Assembly: GCF_026000115.1 (NCBI RefSeq)
Contig: NZ_AP026867.1
Span: 2,777,716-2,841,715, forward strand
Source: Aureispira anguillae
GTDB lineage: Bacteria > Bacteroidota > Bacteroidia > Chitinophagales > Saprospiraceae
Reading direction: 5' to 3'
DNA length: 64,000 nt
Under the pieces are notes generated by a model, which saw only the letters and a program-made list of their open reading frames with translations, was not told the DNA's origin and made no database searches. Positions 59,944 to 64,000 of the stretch are shown here, piece after piece (positions within the stretch are counted from its first letter, which is position 1; every line of letters starts with the position of its first letter). The position numbers and the translations under genes are program-made.

Positions 59944-60639
59944 TTATCTATGTTTGAATATTGTTGTAATAATTTTATAACCTGCCAAAATAGTTCCTTT
60001 GATAGTACCTGAAATTTTTGATTTGCCAACCCTTACTCGATAAGAGACAGGGATTTCAGTCGTTTTAAGTCCATGCTTTGCAGCTTTGACTTGCATTTCT
60101 ACTGTCCACCCATAGGTTTCATCACACATATTTAAGTCTATCAGTCTGTCGTATCTAATTGCTCTAAAGGGTCCCAAGTCGGTATAAATAACCCCATAAA
60201 ACCATTTAATAAGTTTTGTTGCTAACCAGTTTCCAAACACTTGTTGAGGAGTCATAGACCCCTGTTGTTTGTTTCCTGTTGTTCGTGAACCAATTACCAT
60301 CTCTACATCGCTTTCCAAAATTGGTGCCACTAATTGATAAGTCTCTTCAGGATAATCTGAATAATCAGCATCCAAAAAGACAACAATGTCTGGTTTCTTT
60401 TTCATTTTTTTTAAGTAGTCAATCCCTTTCAAACAAGCAAAACCATAGCCCTGCCGCAATTCATCCAAAACCACTGCTCCTGCTTTGGCGGCTACATTTG
60501 CTGTCTTATCATTCGAATTATTATTGACTACTATAATTTCTCTAACAAGATCTTTAGGAATATCTTTTATAACACGCCCTACCGAGTTTTCTTCATTGTA
60601 GGCAGGGATGATAACAACGATATCTGCTGTTTTTATCAT
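59944..60639 (-). CDS. Family-2 glycosyltransferase (Dpm1/GtrB-like polyprenol-phosphate sugar transferase). Its stop lies 3 bp before the start of the processive GT2, so the two are translationally coupled.
   Basis: 'DIVVIIPAYNEENSVGRVIKDIP', 'FLDADYSD'. Confidence 0.8.
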   Translation of the reverse strand: MIKTADIVVIIPAYNEENSVGRVIKDIPKDLVREIIVVNNNSNDKTANVAAKAGAVVLDELRQGYGFACLKGIDYLKKMKKKPDIVVFLDADYSDYPEETYQLVAPILESDVEMVIGSRTTGNKQQGSMTPQQVFGNWLATKLIKWFYGVIYTDLGPFRAIRYDRLIDLNMCDETYGWTVEMQVKAAKHGLKTTEIPVSYRVRVGKSKISGTIKGTILAGYKIITTIFKHR

Positions 60640-61271
60640 TTAACGTTATGTTTTGTTATTCTTAAGATGATGCTAATCCTTTTGCGCCCCTATTCAACCT
60701 AAAATAAATCCGTCTAAAAAGTTGTTTTTGGTAGCGATCGTTTAAATATGCCGCAAAAGTAGTATAAAAAAAACAGTTTACAACAAATTTTTATAGCTTT
60801 TCTAACTGTTGAGCAAAACATTAAACATTAATTTAATATGATCTCAAAAGCTAAGTTCTACATTTCATGAAGAATTAAGTCATCTATAACGTTTTAGGTC
60901 ACACTAAGAAATAATTTAGAAAAATTACCATCCAAAAAAATGAAGTGTTAAAATTTTGCCTCATTTTCTTTTATTTTTAAGCGTTTTAAAAAAAATAGAG
61001 TCAACGACAAGTGTGTAACTTCACTTTTTGGTTAAACAAAAAAGTAGAAACTGCATTATTACAGCATGCATCCATCTAAATTTTATTAATTACCTTTGCT
61101 AAACTGTAGCAACCCACAACAAATTTTATAAGGATTAATAAATAAGACTTATAAAGTAATTAAACTAAAGTTATTTTTTTTTACCTTGATATTAGAAAAT
61201 GCTACGGCAAACTTAAAATCCCACCAGAGTTGCCAAAGAACCCAATATTATAAAATATTTATTCTATTATT

Positions 61272-61688
61272 ATGAGTTTATTATTACCAATTTTAGCCAT
61301 CGTCACAGGCTCACTTGCTGCCGCTTCTGTTGTTATCAAAAAATCGCCTGATGCGGCCAACCTAATCCAAAAAATCAAGCCCTACGAAGCGTTTATAGGT
61401 GCAGCATCCCTTATTGTAGGAACATTGTCGCTCCTAAGCATCACTACCTATTTTAGGGCCAACTTCATTTATGGGTCTATTTGCACAGCCTGTATTGTTT
61501 CTTGTATTGTTATGGGATTTTTGCTAGGTTACCCTGTTTTGCAAGACTTTTTGTTGGATGAACTTAGTGAAGATGCTAGAGCAAAAAGCAAAGAAATTTA
61601 TGAGCGCCTAACTCCCTATAAAATAAGCTCAGGTTTAGTGGCAATGGGTACAGGTGCCTATTTACTGATTACAGGAATTTTATTCTAA
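61272..61688 (+). CDS. Small 4-TM membrane protein, unknown function
   Basis: Four hydrophobic segments. No recognised motif. Confidence 0.5.
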   Translation: MSLLLPILAIVTGSLAAASVVIKKSPDAANLIQKIKPYEAFIGAASLIVGTLSLLSITTYFRANFIYGSICTACIVSCIVMGFLLGYPVLQDFLLDELSEDARAKSKEIYERLTPYKISSGLVAMGTGAYLLITGILF

Positions 61689-61702
61689 GAAGTATACGAT
61701 AT

Positions 61703-62341
61703 ATGCCAAAAACTGTTGATACCCAGCACTTGATTCGTCAACTGGAACGATTAAATCAGCGCCTATCTGAAATTGTTGCTCGAGATTTCCCTAATTTGAC
61801 CAATGAGCAACTTAATTGGAGAGAAAAAGAGGGAAAATGGAGCATTGCAGAATGCCTAACGCACCTCAACTATGTAGCAGATTATTATTTTCCTGCTACC
61901 CTAAAAACAATTGCATCAGCTCAGGCAAGAAAAACAAAACCGCTTCCTACCTTCACTAGGGGCTGGTTAGGGCACTATTATGTGAGTAAATTTCGACTAA
62001 GACCTGACAACCAAGTCAAGAACAAGCTAGAGTCGCCCTTAAAATATAATCCACAACTCATTTCATCGAGCCAATTGAATGGAGCAACTGTTATCAAGGA
62101 TTTTTTGGAACGTCAACAACTAATAGACAAAATGCTGTCTGATTCTAAGACGATTAATATACAGAAAGCACGGGTTTATGCCCTGTTTTTTGGCTTTGTT
62201 AATATTCGGCTTGGGGATATGCTAAAGATGCTAATTTATCATACAGAACGTCATATTGTTCAAGCTCAACGCATTCTTTATCACGATTATTTTCCAGGGA
62301 ATTTTCCTTTGGATGCCCTATTTTCTGAGCGAGAAAATTAG
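61703..62341 (+). CDS. DinB_2 (DUF664)-family protein
   Basis: 'WREKEGKWSIAECLTHL' and 'HTERH' resemble DinB/YfiT-like four-helix-bundle metal-binding motifs. Confidence 0.6.
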   Translation: MPKTVDTQHLIRQLERLNQRLSEIVARDFPNLTNEQLNWREKEGKWSIAECLTHLNYVADYYFPATLKTIASAQARKTKPLPTFTRGWLGHYYVSKFRLRPDNQVKNKLESPLKYNPQLISSSQLNGATVIKDFLERQQLIDKMLSDSKTINIQKARVYALFFGFVNIRLGDMLKMLIYHTERHIVQAQRILYHDYFPGNFPLDALFSEREN

Positions 62342-62613
62342 ATTCAATTGTTTCTGAAATTAAAAAATAGCTTGATCCTTGGCTAAAGCTAAAACACACC
62401 TACAAAACTGATAAACAAATCCCTACCTACTTTTTTTTCTTATTAATCTTGGAAATTCATTTTTTTTTGATTCAACTAGAATTGACAAAATTATCAAAGA
62501 ACCAATTTTATTAATTACTTTTGCTTTCAAGTTAATTGATTTGAATTAGAACTAATGGAAAATTGTTTCATTCCAAACTCAAATCTTCAAACCTTCAAAT
62601 TAAAATAAGTACT

Positions 62614-63603
62614 ATGAGCTTACGCAACGATTGGACAAAAGAAGAAATTGAAGCCATTTACAACAAGCCACTTTTAGAATTAATTTATGAAGCGGCTACC
62701 ATACATCGCAAGAATAATGATCCTAGTGAAGTACAAGTATCTACGCTTCTATCGATTAAGACAGGTGGTTGTCCCGAAAATTGTTCCTACTGCCCACAAT
62801 CTATTCATCACAACACAGATTTAGAACCTGAACGTTTACTTTCCTTAGATGAGGTAATGACAAAAGCAAGCATTGCTCGACAAAATGGTTCTACCCGTTT
62901 TTGTATGGGAGCAGCTTGGAGAAACGTAAAAAATAACAAACAATTTGATCGTGTTATTGACATGGTTAAAGGAGTTAATACATTGGGAATGGAGGTTTGC
63001 TGTACGCTTGGCATGCTTACCAAAGAACAAGCTGAACGCTTAAAAGAAGCAGGACTTCATGCCTACAACCACAATTTGGATACCTCGGAAGGACATTACG
63101 CAGAAATTATAACTACTCGCACCTATCAGGATCGTCTAGATACCTTGGAACATGTTCGAGAAACAGGTCTCAATGTTTGTAGTGGTGGTATTATTGGTTT
63201 GGGCGAAACAACAGAAGATAGAATTACCATGTTGTTTACCTTAGCGAATTTGCCTAAGCATCCAGAATCCGTTCCAGTTAATGCCTTGGTCGCTGTAAAA
63301 GGTACTCCATTAGAAAACCAAGAGCGTGTTTCTGTTTGGGATATGGTTCGTATGATTGCTACTGCTCGTATTATTATGCCTAAATCACAGGTTCGCTTAT
63401 CTGCTGGACGTCAAGAAATGCCGATCACTGAACAAGCCTTGTGCTTTATGGCTGGTGCCAGTTCTATTTTTGCTGGTGAAAAGTTGCTAACAACACCTAA
63501 TCCAGAAGTTAATCAAGATAAACTTATGTTTGAATTATTGGGATTAAAACCAATGGCTGCATTTAAAGGTCAAGAACAAGAACTAGCAGCAACAGAATTC
63601 TAA
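62614..63603 (+). CDS. bioB: Biotin synthase (radical SAM)
   Basis: 'TGGCPENCSYCPQS' CxxxCxxC motif. 'WTKEEIEAIYNKPLLELIYEAA'. About 330 aa from the internal Met at 62614. Confidence 0.95.
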   Translation: MSLRNDWTKEEIEAIYNKPLLELIYEAATIHRKNNDPSEVQVSTLLSIKTGGCPENCSYCPQSIHHNTDLEPERLLSLDEVMTKASIARQNGSTRFCMGAAWRNVKNNKQFDRVIDMVKGVNTLGMEVCCTLGMLTKEQAERLKEAGLHAYNHNLDTSEGHYAEIITTRTYQDRLDTLEHVRETGLNVCSGGIIGLGETTEDRITMLFTLANLPKHPESVPVNALVAVKGTPLENQERVSVWDMVRMIATARIIMPKSQVRLSAGRQEMPITEQALCFMAGASSIFAGEKLLTTPNPEVNQDKLMFELLGLKPMAAFKGQEQELAATEF

Positions 63604-63643
63604 ATATTGAGCAACGTATAAGTTCCCGTTGGGACAAAATAAA

Positions 63644-63690
63644 AAAGCCAATTACTTTTGAAACAAAAAGTAATTGGCTTTTAAAATTTT
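63644..63690 (+). terminator. Rho-independent terminator after bioB
   Basis: AAAAGCCAATTACTTTT gaaac AAAAGTAATTGGCTTTT followed by AAAATTTT. Confidence 0.7.
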
Positions 63691-64000
63691 GGTAGCTCTA
63701 CGCAACTATTTGTTTATAAATCATGTTGTTAAAGATGTGGTTTTTGCTTTCCTTCTACAAAAAAGGCAAAAAACCCACAGGGTAATAGAAAAAAGAGCAC
63801 ATTTTTAGCCTCAAACATACTTTTACTCCGTTTATTAACGTTTAGTAAAATAGGACTAACCAATTGATTTTGTTTAGTAAAGCTGTTTAAATTATTCTTT
63901 TTGCGCTATCCTATATCTTTTTTTGTTTTTCTACGTATACAATAACAATTAACGCCTAAAGTAAAATTTTCATTTTATTTTGTTCCCGAAAATTGTTGCT

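Noticed and set aside
1-64000. tRNA/rRNA genes
   Set aside because: I scanned the intergenic regions for tRNA-like T-arm (GGTTCGAATCC-type) and acceptor features and for rRNA-like conserved blocks and found none. A tRNAscan/Infernal run would be definitive.

Overview
This 64 kb window looks like a low-GC Bacteroidota chromosome segment, possibly Saprospiraceae-like (several T9SS C-terminal sorting domains, a TAnnTTTG-type -7 promoter box, long AT-rich intergenic regions). I count roughly 38 protein-coding genes and found no rRNA, tRNA or CRISPR array. Ordinary genes include metG, bioB, rimM, rnd (RNase D), yaaA, ytxJ, a ComEC/Rec2-like protein, GT2/GT4 glycosyltransferases, an MFS transporter, a class-C-like serine hydrolase and a Kv-type potassium channel. 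Accessory content includes two paralogous giant T9SS adhesin-like proteins (MAM-like + FN3 + SprB-type repeats; the first is cut at the window start), an HYR-repeat T9SS protein and an LRR T9SS protein. There are also tandem paralog pairs: small outer-membrane beta-barrels, LVIVD-like beta-propeller lipoproteins, and CarboxypepD_reg/TonB-dependent-receptor-like outer-membrane proteins. A 1600-aa secreted protein and a DUF5686-like protein overlap at their 3' ends. The most notable items: (1) an 835-aa cytoplasmic protein with the major vault protein (MVP) architecture, which is rare in bacteria and functionally unstudied there, flanked by two exported proteins sharing a C-terminal domain; (2) a tandemly duplicated ~165-bp unit, each copy with its own -7 promoter box and intrinsic terminator on the minus strand, so probably two copies of an unannotated small RNA; (3) a ~200-270-bp palindromic MITE-like element present twice, both times in divergent promoter regions; (4) (TG)n microsatellite tracts just upstream of the HYR-repeat T9SS gene, a candidate phase-variation switch. 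All calls come from reading the sequence and ORF translations and from remembered family signatures. No database search was run.
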